This document shows, piece by piece, positions 11,236-21,119 of a stretch of DNA of 64,000 nt. Position 1 is the stretch's first letter; each line of letters starts with the position of its first letter. The notes below the pieces were generated by a model that saw only the letters and a list, made by a program, of their open reading frames with translations, had not been told where the DNA came from and ran no database searches. Made by a program: the position numbers and the translations under genes. Source of the stretch: a virus; IMG/VR virus record IMGVR_UViG_3300005527_000060. One strand, written 5' to 3'.

Positions 11236-12385
11236 AAAAGTCTAATATTTTAGTAGCATATTGATAGTTAGTTTTTCCTACACTATTATACATTACTTCT
11301 CTATTAGCCTCGTCATTAGTTACTTCTATTAATTTAATAAGTTCAACATGCTTAGATAAATCATCAATATACAACTGAACAAGAAAGTCATTAAATCTAA
11401 TCTTTTTAGATTCAACTAGCTCTTTTGTTAAAAGCCCCTTACATAATAACTCATTAATATCCTTTGCTCCATCAGGTAAAAATACATAATAGTTATTTTT
11501 AGGATTTAGTATAATCAGATTTATTATTTGAGGAATTAAACAATTATAAGATTTATAGTTACCTCTTTCATCTTTATCACTATCAAAACAAAAGCATATA
11601 TTATTAAATTTTTTAAGTTTACTAATATGATTTAATAAACCTTGAACACCTAATATTCCTACAGACTGCATACCTAATTGATATAAAGAAATAGTATCCA
11701 TAAAACCTTCAGCAATGTAAATACTATTACTATTATATAGATCTATAAATTGTTCTAATATTAATGTACTTATACTAGTTTGAAGGTTCTTATATCTAGG
11801 TATAAAATCATTTTCTGGTCCAACATATCTACCAACAAAAGATTCAATCTTATTTGACATTAAAGGGAAGATTATCCTATCAATAAAAAACTCTTTATTG
11901 TTTTTGAATAAACCATATTTAATTAAATCTGATCTATTAAATTCACCTCTAAGAGAAGTGCCAGTAGCATAACCAATACCTATTATATCTATTACATCTT
12001 TTGTAAGACCTCTATTAACTAAATAGTTTAAAGAGGGCCCTTTTAGATCATTAATATAAATACTGTTTATGCTTGTATAAAATAAATTCTTTTGCTTATC
12101 TTCTTCTGATAAAGAGTTTCTTCTTGCTATATTAAACTTAGTTGTTAAATCTTTTATAGAGTCTTTAAGTCTATCTTTATCACCAAAAGTTAGAAGAGCA
12201 TTTAGAGCAATTACATCTGCTTTAAAGTTACAAGAAGCACTATAACAGTATACAAACTCATTATTTATTACAGAGGCAGATTTAATCCTTTTACAGCAAG
12301 GACAGTCTATTCTTTTACTATATCCTGTTGATAATAGATCACTTATTTTTACCTTATTTTTAATATCATTAATTAGATTTCCCAC
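11216..12385 (-). CDS. DnaG-like DNA primase (zinc-ribbon + TOPRIM)
   Basis: N-terminal Cys4 zinc ribbon CPCCKR...CYSASC, and TOPRIM-like IYIAEGFMDTISL and D-rich CFCFDSDKDERG. Confidence 0.6.
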   Translation of the reverse strand: MGNLINDIKNKVKISDLLSTGYSKRIDCPCCKRIKSASVINNEFVYCYSASCNFKADVIALNALLTFGDKDRLKDSIKDLTTKFNIARRNSLSEEDKQKNLFYTSINSIYINDLKGPSLNYLVNRGLTKDVIDIIGIGYATGTSLRGEFNRSDLIKYGLFKNNKEFFIDRIIFPLMSNKIESFVGRYVGPENDFIPRYKNLQTSISTLILEQFIDLYNSNSIYIAEGFMDTISLYQLGMQSVGILGVQGLLNHISKLKKFNNICFCFDSDKDERGNYKSYNCLIPQIINLIILNPKNNYYVFLPDGAKDINELLCKGLLTKELVESKKIRFNDFLVQLYIDDLSKHVELIKLIEVTNDEANREVMYNSVGKTNYQYATKILDFYDSKHY

Positions 12386-13595
12386 TTATAAACCTTAAGT
12401 ATTCTGGATCAATGAAACAGCAGCTCTCAAAATAATCTGGATTACCAATAACTCTAATATTTTCTATATTAGTATTTCTAGAAAGCCCTACATATGCCAT
12501 GCCACTTGTTCTACCCATAAAGGTATCTTGTTGGCCCATACTAATTTGTAAAGCATCTGTAGTTATTCCTTGTGTACTATGAATGGTACAAGCAAAACTT
12601 AGTCTTAGAGGGATATAGTTAATACTACCTTCTTCTAACATAGTATCAGGATTTAACACCTTCTTCTTTACATATTTAACTAATATAGATTTGCCAGTTC
12701 TAAGTAAATTAACAAGAACACTATCCTTAAATAACTCTTCAACAACCCCCATATCTCCATTAGCTATAAGGCCCCCATCAGTTACAGTATTTGTAATACA
12801 TCTAACTAATACTCCAACCTTTAACACAACAGGATCTAGAAAAGAATTCCAACTATTATCAACCTTACCTAACTTATATCCTTTATAAGTATACTCTTGA
12901 TAGTTATCAATCGCCTTTAGTCTAGCTAAGTTATAGGCTTCAACTTTAGCTTTAGTACTAAATAAAGTTATGCCTAAAAAATCTGATTCAATGTCTTTAA
13001 CAAAACAATTATTATCTAATAACATTTGTTTTATCTTCTGTGTCTTTCCGAGTCTTAGATCATTTAAAGCGTCTTGAAAATCTTTATTTGTTTGTCTATG
13101 TATAACTGTTAGTACTTCAGTATTGAATCTATCTTTATACATACTTTTAAAGTATGGCTCTCCTTTAACAGGTGGTAGTTGAGCAATATCTCCAGTCAAG
13201 TATAACTCTAGACTTCTATGTGTTGTACCTCCATACATATCTAATACTTTAATCAAAGTATCAATATAGTCCCTAGGTAACATGCCAAACTCATCAATTG
13301 CAATACCATTATAATCTTCAAATAAGTTGTTTAATCTTTTTGTTAGCTTACCTGAAACAAAAGACTTAAGTAGATTTGTTGAATCAATGGCACCTAACAA
13401 AGAATGAATAGTACAAGCACTTTCACTTAAATTTACACTAGCAATTCCAGTACTAGCTGTCAATCTAAGATTATTAATACTCATCTCTTGCTTAAGCTTA
13501 AAACTTTTACCACTGCCACTAGGACCAGTTACAACCTTTATTGTAGTATTCATTAGTACTTTTATATTTAAATATTTAACATCCTTAATAACCAC
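12369..13595 (-). CDS. Dda/RecD-like SF1 DNA helicase
   Basis: Walker A VVTGPSGSGKSF, Walker B GIAIDEFGMLP, C-terminal motif FACTIHSTQGIT (SF1 motif V/VI). Confidence 0.7.
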   Translation of the reverse strand: MVIKDVKYLNIKVLMNTTIKVVTGPSGSGKSFKLKQEMSINNLRLTASTGIASVNLSESACTIHSLLGAIDSTNLLKSFVSGKLTKRLNNLFEDYNGIAIDEFGMLPRDYIDTLIKVLDMYGGTTHRSLELYLTGDIAQLPPVKGEPYFKSMYKDRFNTEVLTVIHRQTNKDFQDALNDLRLGKTQKIKQMLLDNNCFVKDIESDFLGITLFSTKAKVEAYNLARLKAIDNYQEYTYKGYKLGKVDNSWNSFLDPVVLKVGVLVRCITNTVTDGGLIANGDMGVVEELFKDSVLVNLLRTGKSILVKYVKKKVLNPDTMLEEGSINYIPLRLSFACTIHSTQGITTDALQISMGQQDTFMGRTSGMAYVGLSRNTNIENIRVIGNPDYFESCCFIDPEYLRFISGKSN

Positions 13596-13618
13596 TTAAT
13601 ATTTTTATAATAAATCTT

Positions 13619-14809
13619 CTAATGAAATACTATATTTTCTTTACCATATACTTCAGTATATGTATCTATTCTCTTTTTACTTTGGCTTGCAGGCCAGCCA
13701 ATAGGATCTATAAAGTCTATAACTTCCCCATATGTTTTAGTAAAACTCTTTCTTAAAACTCTACCAACTCTTTGTAATAACAATGTTGGAGAAGAGTTAG
13801 CTGCAGCTAATACAACTACTTCTAATGAAGGCATGTCTGTTCCTTCAGTTATTATATTAGGGCCTGCAATTAATATACAATTAGGGTTGCTTATACTACT
13901 AAGTCCTTTTGTATCTCCACCTTTAACAATGTATACAAGTTTATGTGGATAAGCTTTTTCTATTAAATCTTTTAATATTACCGCATGATTATTCTTTTCA
14001 GTATTAACCTTATTAACAATAATAACAGTAGACTTATCAAGTTGAACTAGTTCAACAATAAGATCATTTCTGCCCTTATTATTTATAATTAGACTATCTA
14101 TTTGTTTATTATAAGCAAAATTACTAAAGGTACAGTTAATAAACTTACGACTACAATAACCAATTGGAGCCTTATATATATTAATTTTTGGAGTAGATAT
14201 ACAACCTAATGCAATAGCTTGTTTCTCCGTTAGTTCATATAATAAAGGACCATATAACTTAGTAATTAAGTTATTAGTTTCTACATCTTCTGTATATGGA
14301 GTAGCTGATAAAGCTGTAATACATTTAACATTAACTAACATATTATATAAATCAATGCCAGACTGATTTATATATTTATGACACTCATCATATATGACAT
14401 AATCAATTAAATCTAAATTATTAATCTTAGTTAAAGTACCAACTAAACCCACAGTAATATTAGCCCATATAGGATATTTATTACCATCACCAATAGTTGT
14501 TATAGTTAAGTTTGTATCTTTTAGATAGTCAACCAAGACATCATTTATTTGAACTAATAAGTCTATCTTACTAACAACAACTAATATATGTTTTACTTGT
14601 GTTTTTCTACACAGTTCTGCAATTATTCTAGTTTTGCCTGTACCAGTTGTTAGTTTTAAAACACCACTACCCTTAGTTAATACTTCTACTATAGACTCCA
14701 TTTGATGTAAATATAAGTTAGAAGTCCAACCTTTTATAAAAGGTAAGGGGGAGTTTAATAGCTCCCCCTTAAAAGAAGTATTAGATAAATCTAATACTTT
14801 ATTATTCAT
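13619..14809 (-). CDS. SF2 (DEAH-type) helicase
   Basis: Motif I LTTGTGKTRI, motif II VIYDECHKY, motif VI LLQRVGRVLR. Ends with TAG stop. Confidence 0.6.
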   Translation of the reverse strand: MNNKVLDLSNTSFKGELLNSPLPFIKGWTSNLYLHQMESIVEVLTKGSGVLKLTTGTGKTRIIAELCRKTQVKHILVVVSKIDLLVQINDVLVDYLKDTNLTITTIGDGNKYPIWANITVGLVGTLTKINNLDLIDYVIYDECHKYINQSGIDLYNMLVNVKCITALSATPYTEDVETNNLITKLYGPLLYELTEKQAIALGCISTPKINIYKAPIGYCSRKFINCTFSNFAYNKQIDSLIINNKGRNDLIVELVQLDKSTVIIVNKVNTEKNNHAVILKDLIEKAYPHKLVYIVKGGDTKGLSSISNPNCILIAGPNIITEGTDMPSLEVVVLAAANSSPTLLLQRVGRVLRKSFTKTYGEVIDFIDPIGWPASQSKKRIDTYTEVYGKENIVFH

Positions 14810-15960
14810 TAAAAATTACTTATGTCTAACTTAGCTTCTGTTTGTTCTTTTTGTTCTTTAACTTCTTCTTCAGAAGGAGGTGCATAGTTTCCTCTTAACT
14901 CTGTAGTAAACTTATTAAATGGTACTTCTTGTAATACAAACTCAGGCTTATTAGCTTTCCAGTGTTGTACAATAAGACCTAATTCAGCAGTATCATATCC
15001 ACCATCTGAATTAAAAGACAGAGTTGAATAGCTTTGACCAGGCTTATTAAATACATTAACTTCTAATTTCCATTGAATCAAGTTAAAGAAGTTAGAAGCA
15101 GCAGATGCTTTCTTTACCTTTTCAAAGAAGCCACCAAAGCCATCAATTGCTTCTTGATTTGTAGCAGGATCAGCAAAGGAGCCTTGAATATGAGAACCAC
15201 TCAAATCAATATAAGTAGGAATAAAGTTCATTCTAATAGCTGTTTGATTCTTTGCAGCTAAATCCCAACTACTTGCAAAGAAAATATCAGAGACTGCAGT
15301 ATAAACAACTGACTGAGACTTCTTATTAAATACTCCAAGGTGTGTTATATACATAACTACTACACCCTTTTCTTTACACCAGTTTGGCTTACCATCTTTT
15401 GCCAAGTTTTGATTGCATCCTTGTTTAATACAATCAACACATAACATGCCATTAGAACCAACTGCATTTTGATTAGCAAATGAATCACTAGGAATTCTAT
15501 GTCCAGTAGTACTTCCCTTGCTATACATCCATTTAACTGGAACAATGATTGGTTCATTGGTAACCATATCTCCTACCTTTTGTCCAATAACAGAACAATA
15601 GTTAGTATATTTTCCATCACTAAACTCACTCAAACTATGTCTATCATTAAACTCTACAGCATAACCTTTGATAGAAGTTGGCACAATTTCTCTATCTAAC
15701 TCTTTATCATAGAAGGCTGTTAGTAAATTCTTACCACTAGCTTCTTGTTCAGGTGTAGAAGCCTTAACATAGGGATATTCAAAGGTAAATACTTTTTGCT
15801 TTGTAACCTTATAGAAATCTTTAGGAACTATATTATAAGGTGTAATTCCACCAAAATCCTTCTTTCCAGTACTAATATTAGTCTTACTAGATGTATCTTC
15901 AATACCTAGCTCAGCAGCTAGTCTCATAAATTCATCTACTTGTGCAATAGTTTCAGCCAT
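14809..15960 (-). CDS. hypothetical protein, Cys-cluster; possible ssDNA-binding or accessory replication protein
   Basis: 383 aa. CVDCIKQGCNQNLAKDGKPNWC cysteine cluster. Sits between helicase and clamp loader. Confidence 0.35.
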   Translation of the reverse strand: MAETIAQVDEFMRLAAELGIEDTSSKTNISTGKKDFGGITPYNIVPKDFYKVTKQKVFTFEYPYVKASTPEQEASGKNLLTAFYDKELDREIVPTSIKGYAVEFNDRHSLSEFSDGKYTNYCSVIGQKVGDMVTNEPIIVPVKWMYSKGSTTGHRIPSDSFANQNAVGSNGMLCVDCIKQGCNQNLAKDGKPNWCKEKGVVVMYITHLGVFNKKSQSVVYTAVSDIFFASSWDLAAKNQTAIRMNFIPTYIDLSGSHIQGSFADPATNQEAIDGFGGFFEKVKKASAASNFFNLIQWKLEVNVFNKPGQSYSTLSFNSDGGYDTAELGLIVQHWKANKPEFVLQEVPFNKFTTELRGNYAPPSEEEVKEQKEQTEAKLDISNF

Positions 15961-15962
15961 TA

Positions 15963-16655
15963 TTAAAATTGTTCTCTTGTTTGTGCATATATTTCTAAGT
16001 AAATTAATGCAAACTTAAGACTCAAATTATTATCTAACACTCTTAGTTTTAACAACTCAAAATAAGATAAAACCTGTGGATCTATATTTCTAACGGTGCT
16101 TAGTACACCTTTTATCATAAATAAATACCACAAAGTATTAGATTCCAAACTTAAAATAAGGCTATAATTATTACCATCTCTACCAATAGAATTGAGATAT
16201 TTCCACACATCTACTCTACTATTAACATATAAAATATTTAAAGTCTTAACAGTTATTACTTCATTTAAAGACTCCAAATATTCTAATTCTTCTACCCATT
16301 TTTTAGGGTTAGACCATTTTTTACATAGATCAGTAAAAAAGTTAAACCCTGCCAAATCAAATAGTTCTAACTTATCTTGCAATAAATAATTAAAGTCACT
16401 AAAGCCCAACCTACTTTTAGATAGCTTATCATCAACAACAAATATTAGATTATTTGATTTATGTTGTACAAGCTTTCCTTTATACTTTCTTATTAAATAG
16501 CAACTATAATTTATAAGCCCTTCATCATTATAAGAAGGGCTGCTTCTATTTATATTATCAATATAATTAGCTTCAACAGTAGTAGTAATTATAATAGGAT
16601 TATACTTATAGCAAAAGTATAAATCCTCAGAGGATTTAATATATACAATGCTCAA
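15963..16655 (-). CDS. hypothetical protein
   Basis: 230-aa ORF, overlaps clamp-loader start. Confidence 0.35.
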   Translation of the reverse strand: MSIVYIKSSEDLYFCYKYNPIIITTTVEANYIDNINRSSPSYNDEGLINYSCYLIRKYKGKLVQHKSNNLIFVVDDKLSKSRLGFSDFNYLLQDKLELFDLAGFNFFTDLCKKWSNPKKWVEELEYLESLNEVITVKTLNILYVNSRVDVWKYLNSIGRDGNNYSLILSLESNTLWYLFMIKGVLSTVRNIDPQVLSYFELLKLRVLDNNLSLKFALIYLEIYAQTREQF

Positions 16656-17688
16656 TATAATAATCCTCCAACGATTTAAAACTATAAAAGCTATCTAAAG
16701 TTCTTATCTTTTGGATAACTTCTCTATTTTCTTGTTGTTTGAAACCTCTTAACAAACTTATATAGTTTGGTAAAGAGACTTTAATATTGTTTGAATTATA
16801 TTTAATTAATAGATCTAAATCATGTATTAAATCTACTGAAGGATTATTAGTAATTTGTTCTATTATATCATCTATTAATATCTTAAGCAGCACTGTTGGA
16901 TTTGTATTTCTCAACCACAATTCACAAATATTAATTGCGGCTTTATAGTTTTTATTATATAAAGCGTGCCAAAAAGATTGTCTATCTGTAGCTCCACCAA
17001 TAAGGATGTTGCTAATACTTCTAGTACTATCAACTCCTGCACAATACTCTATCAGACTACTAATTTTTCTCATATTACCATCAGATAATAGAGCTAATAG
17101 TTTTGCATCTTTGTAGTTATATGGCCAGTTATCCAACACATAATCAATACAGTCTTTAGTTGTATGACTATTTAATTCTAGCTCCTTACATCTACTAGAT
17201 AAAGCATCTAAGATTGTATTAGATAGCTTACTTAGATCCATTGATATAAGAATCCAAGTGGTTGTTTCAGGAGTTGTATCTATATAACCTAACAGACTTT
17301 GTATGTGAGTACTATTTAACAACTGTATTTCATCTAACACAACAAACTTTCTGGTAAAGCCAATATCATTTAAATATAAAGGTGCTTCTTTAGCCCAGAG
17401 GTTTATTTCACCCAATAAGTCTGTCATGCCATCTAAGTTAGATATCTGTCTCCATTTAACATTATCTAACTCTCTAATATTAGTATTACAATAAACACAT
17501 TCTCCACAAGGCTTTTCTTCCTTACTAGAACACAATAAAGATCTAATACTTAACTCTGTTAATAAACTTTTACCCACCCCTGGTGGCCCAGTAATAAGCA
17601 ATGCAGAAGGAAACCTATTCTTACTAACACATTTCTTCATATAAGAAACAGCATTAGATTGTCCCTTATAATCATTCCAATTAATCAT
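16636..17688 (-). CDS. clamp loader subunit (RFC / DNA pol III gamma-tau-like AAA+ ATPase)
   Basis: Walker A LLITGPPGVGKSLL, Walker B FVVLDEIQ, SRC motif LSSRCKEL, Cys4 cluster CGECVYC as in gamma/tau. Confidence 0.65.
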   Translation of the reverse strand: MINWNDYKGQSNAVSYMKKCVSKNRFPSALLITGPPGVGKSLLTELSIRSLLCSSKEEKPCGECVYCNTNIRELDNVKWRQISNLDGMTDLLGEINLWAKEAPLYLNDIGFTRKFVVLDEIQLLNSTHIQSLLGYIDTTPETTTWILISMDLSKLSNTILDALSSRCKELELNSHTTKDCIDYVLDNWPYNYKDAKLLALLSDGNMRKISSLIEYCAGVDSTRSISNILIGGATDRQSFWHALYNKNYKAAINICELWLRNTNPTVLLKILIDDIIEQITNNPSVDLIHDLDLLIKYNSNNIKVSLPNYISLLRGFKQQENREVIQKIRTLDSFYSFKSLEDYYIEHCIY

Positions 17689-18314
17689 ATAACTCCAGCC
17701 AAAGTTAAAAATCTTATCATATCCTGTTTAAATAACCAAGTATGACTATATATTGGCACTGGTAAAACAGGAGTTTCATCTTCATTCTTTGGCAAGTATC
17801 TAAGAGGAGTAATTGGATTCCAAGTAACCACACATGGTCTGCCAGCATATGTCAATCCTACTTCATTTCTTAGCTTACTTATACTAGCTTTACTACCAAA
17901 TAATTGAGTAACAGCCTCTGAAGAAGCCACTAATATTGGAGCTTTACTATTACATTTAGATATTTCAAACTGTGTCCAATTACCACACTTCTCTATACAA
18001 GTTTTTGTTTCCTTCTTATTGTTTTTAACACTACAACTAAGAGCATTTGTAAAAAAGAAGTTATTATCTATATCAATATCATCTGTAATACTTCTAATAA
18101 CTCTTCTAAGAAATCCACCAGCATTCAAATATCCAGGCGCTTCAACTAATACTTTCTTTTCTTTCTCTTCTTCTTTGCCACTATAAGCAGATATAATAAT
18201 ACCTCTTATATTACTAAGAGGTATTTCTGCTTGCCCCCAAATTGGTGGTATTCTGGGATTAGATAAATGACAATTAGAACAAGTATTAGGTAATCCTATA
18301 GCTCTATAAGTCAA
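17685..18314 (-). CDS. uracil-DNA glycosylase-like protein (family 4-like)
   Basis: N-terminal Cys cluster, VLVEAPGYLNAGG resembling the UDG GE(A/G)PG motif. Weak. Confidence 0.4.
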   Translation of the reverse strand: MTYRAIGLPNTCSNCHLSNPRIPPIWGQAEIPLSNIRGIIISAYSGKEEEKEKKVLVEAPGYLNAGGFLRRVIRSITDDIDIDNNFFFTNALSCSVKNNKKETKTCIEKCGNWTQFEISKCNSKAPILVASSEAVTQLFGSKASISKLRNEVGLTYAGRPCVVTWNPITPLRYLPKNEDETPVLPVPIYSHTWLFKQDMIRFLTLAGVI

Positions 18315-18315
18315 T

Positions 18316-18540
18316 TTAAATACCTAAATATTTTATTAGTTCATCAGTTTTAATATCATGTGTCATTGCTCTAGCGCCAGTTATAACACTTTTTTCAATC
18401 CTTTGTTTAAAAGGATCTACTGCATCTTTAACTAGATTATCAATTAAAAATGTATCTAATAATTTAAGCTGCTCTGAAGTTAAATCAGTATTTAATAATT
18501 CTTTAAGCAAGTTAATACTTAATGTTGTATTATTCATCAT
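18316..18540 (-). CDS. hypothetical small protein
   Basis: 74-aa ORF in operon-like array. Confidence 0.3.
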   Translation of the reverse strand: MMNNTTLSINLLKELLNTDLTSEQLKLLDTFLIDNLVKDAVDPFKQRIEKSVITGARAMTHDIKTDELIKYLGI

Positions 18541-18745
18541 GACATTCTAATTTTTCCTTTAACAAGTTAATAATATCTTGTCTAGACATATCTTCTACTT
18601 CTCTATATACTTCATCTTTTATTCTAACAAGGGCAGTTTCTGCTCTCTCATTAATTAAGATATCTAGTAAAGCTTGTTCAACTATTGCTGCTTGATCTGT
18701 ATGCAATTTAGAGTCTAATAGTTGAACTAATAATTCATTTTTCAT
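18530..18745 (-). CDS. hypothetical small protein
   Basis: 71-aa ORF, overlapping neighbours. Confidence 0.3.
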   Translation of the reverse strand: MKNELLVQLLDSKLHTDQAAIVEQALLDILINERAETALVRIKDEVYREVEDMSRQDIINLLKEKLECHDE

Positions 18746-18963
18746 TTAGGCATGTCAGGAATTAAATTATAATTATCAGTTAATGCTTTATCATCTTGAT
18801 TAACAATCTGCCTTCTAATTTTAGCCATAGTATTTTCATCTTTATTCTTTTGCTTATTAAAGTAATAAGCAATTAACTGAGATCTATACAAAGCTCTTTG
18901 TTCTGGACTTAACATAAATTTATATACATGTATATACAATTGTTGTTGTTTCAATAGCCCCAC
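18742..18963 (-). CDS. hypothetical small protein
   Basis: 73-aa ORF, TGA stop. Confidence 0.3.
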   Translation of the reverse strand: MGLLKQQQLYIHVYKFMLSPEQRALYRSQLIAYYFNKQKNKDENTMAKIRRQIVNQDDKALTDNYNLIPDMPK

Positions 18964-20047
18964 TATCAGGACTATTTATTACTAAAATAGTAATATCTGT
19001 ATCAACTAGAGCTGTAACTCTTTGATTAATAGTAACTCCTGGACAGTTATTATTAGTAAGGCTAAGTGCTTGTTTAATGTGATTAACTTCTAATCTAACA
19101 TCAACAAAATTACCATCATATAACTCTGGCTTTAACTTTGCTGGCTCTTTACTAGTGGTACTAAAAACCTCTAGTAAAGTATTACTTTTATCACTATTTA
19201 AACAAATATAATCACCTTCAGTGTGAAAACCAATAGCCAAGTCTAACTCTGATCTCTTAACTGTAATACATCCACCAGCTTCTAATGCATATATATTATT
19301 AATAGTCTTTTCTATATTAACTATAGAACTAAGACTCTTATAACATACAACTCCTTTATCAGAGCTAAACATTAGCCACTTATTATTATTGTTATAACCT
19401 ATAGTTACAGAGCTGCCTAGAAAGGATAAACTACTATTTAATAGAACAGGTTTAATAGCAAAAGTTATATTTCCAATAGAGTCTAATTTAGACATAAACA
19501 AGTTATTACCTGTTATGCCAAACTTGCCACTAATGACTAACTCTTTGCTGTCACCTTTAAAGCCAATAACACTGCTATCACAAGTCTTAGCAATATCACT
19601 AACAGATAATAAATGAGGAATAAGAGTAGTATTGTCTTCATCTAATACAATATATTTATTCTCATCTAAGAAGTCTGAATTATGCAGACTAGTATTATCA
19701 ATCCAAATAGATTCACCAATAGAACCCATATTTAAAAGACTAAAGTTTAATACATTATTCTTTAAACTAACTTTTAAGTAAGATGCTTTTGTTGGTATTT
19801 TACTTAGTAACAATGACAACTTGGTAAAGTGAATTAAGCAGGTTCCATCTACATTGCTATTACCTTCTAAGGGATATAAGAACTTAGCACCATAATTACT
19901 ATTAACAGCAGTAAAGCTTAACTGATCACCTATGACAGTTACTTCTACACATTGTTCTAAGGAGGATGCAGTTTTATTATTTGCTAAGCTTATTGCCTGT
20001 TTAGCAGTATTTTTGAATCTAGTGATATCTGTAATTGTAAATAACAT
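18920..20047 (-). CDS. putative sliding clamp (beta-clamp-sized) - tentative
   Basis: 375 aa (DnaN size), located in the replication module downstream of the clamp loader. No strong motif; assignment by context only. Confidence 0.25.
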   Translation of the reverse strand: MLFTITDITRFKNTAKQAISLANNKTASSLEQCVEVTVIGDQLSFTAVNSNYGAKFLYPLEGNSNVDGTCLIHFTKLSLLLSKIPTKASYLKVSLKNNVLNFSLLNMGSIGESIWIDNTSLHNSDFLDENKYIVLDEDNTTLIPHLLSVSDIAKTCDSSVIGFKGDSKELVISGKFGITGNNLFMSKLDSIGNITFAIKPVLLNSSLSFLGSSVTIGYNNNNKWLMFSSDKGVVCYKSLSSIVNIEKTINNIYALEAGGCITVKRSELDLAIGFHTEGDYICLNSDKSNTLLEVFSTTSKEPAKLKPELYDGNFVDVRLEVNHIKQALSLTNNNCPGVTINQRVTALVDTDITILVINSPDSGAIETTTIVYTCI

Positions 20048-20616
20048 TAAGAATCTCCTTTTACGTCATAAGGACTTATAAGATCATCACTTAAGCCATC
20101 ATCATCTTCACTATCATCATCTTCATACTCATCACTTCTAGCTAAGTTCTTAGGATCTACAATCTTTAAGTTAAGCATATATCTAACATCTTCTTTAATT
20201 ATTTCAATTTGATCAAAGATAAGATTAAAGAAAGGAACTAAGTCCATACCTTGATATATGTTTGTCTCATAAGTTAGCTGTAAAAACACAACACCATTTG
20301 AGTTAATAGTCTCTGAAAAAAGATTAGCTATTAAATCAGGTCTTTCTCCATATTCCATAATCTTTTCAATCACCTGATCTAAGTCAGATTCAGTTGCAAT
20401 ATGAATAACTCCTACATTAAACTTAGTTCTTATAAAACTAACACCAGTAGAAACATTTAAATCAAAGAATATATTACTATCAACTGTTTTTAATTTCCAA
20501 TCATCTTTAGTTAAAAGACTGGTCAAATAATTATTAATCAGCCAAGTAGAAAACTTAGAGTTATAAATTGTATCTCTAATATAATCTAAGCTAGTAATTT
20601 TATTTAAATTTGTCAT
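20047..20616 (-). CDS. hypothetical protein with strongly acidic C-terminal tail
   Basis: 189 aa ending DEYEDDDSEDDDGLSDDLISPYDVKGDS. SSB-like acidic tail, otherwise unassigned. Confidence 0.35.
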   Translation of the reverse strand: MTNLNKITSLDYIRDTIYNSKFSTWLINNYLTSLLTKDDWKLKTVDSNIFFDLNVSTGVSFIRTKFNVGVIHIATESDLDQVIEKIMEYGERPDLIANLFSETINSNGVVFLQLTYETNIYQGMDLVPFFNLIFDQIEIIKEDVRYMLNLKIVDPKNLARSDEYEDDDSEDDDGLSDDLISPYDVKGDS

Positions 20617-20619
20617 AAT

Positions 20620-20956
20620 TTATTTCAAGTATTTTTCATTAAATACAGACTTAAAGTATAACTTATCTTTCTTCTAAATAGTCAAAAGGATTACAACCAC
20701 AAATATTAGTCTCTCTATTATTAGCATTTAATAAGTTTTCAATAGTAAGTTGACTTACATCTAACTCTATTAAATGGTCCTATTCTAAGACTTTTATAAC
20801 CTCACTATGTTTACCAGCAACTTCTCCTAAATATAAAGTAGAACCAATAATATTTTTAACTTCTACCTATGTTGAGACAAATAAACCTTCTAAGATACCA
20901 TAAAGATGGTTTAAGTTAAACTTATATAGTTTCTTAATACTTATATCTTCTGTCAT
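20620..20956 (-). other. candidate gene or pseudogene: 111-codon frame open except for two in-frame TAG codons
   Basis: ATG at 20956-20954 overlaps the polA exon-2 stop (TAATATG). Frame MTEDISIKKLYKFNLNHLYGILEGLFVST(TAG)VEVKNIIGSTLYLGEVAGKHSEVIKVLE(TAG)DHLIELDVSQLTIENLLNANNRETNICGCNPFDYLEER ends at TAA 4 nt before the next gene. No TAA/TGA in 111 codons of ~75% AT DNA. Confidence 0.3.
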
Positions 20957-20957
20957 A

Positions 20958-21119
20958 TTATTTCTTCCAACAAGGAGCAATTGTTAAACTACTAAAACCA
21001 CCAGTCTCACAATCAAAGTATTGCTTTAACATATCACCTTGTATTGTTTCCATCATATCTCTTAGTTTATTTCCCACTTCTTCTGCTGAGTCTTTATGCA
21101 ACTCATATACAATTTCATC
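20958..21119 (-). CDS. polA: DNA polymerase I-family polymerase, exon 2 (C-terminal 53 aa)
   Basis: Starts immediately after an intron-terminal G (..cataaatG|GATGAA). Encodes DEIVYELHKDSAEEVGNKLRDMMETIQGDMLKQYFDCETGGFSSLTIAPCWKK, which aligns with the Pol I segment after motif C (VH|DELVFEVHKDDVDAVAKQIHQLME...). Confidence 0.75.
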   Translation of the reverse strand, partial: DEIVYELHKDSAEEVGNKLRDMMETIQGDMLKQYFDCETGGFSSLTIAPCWKK

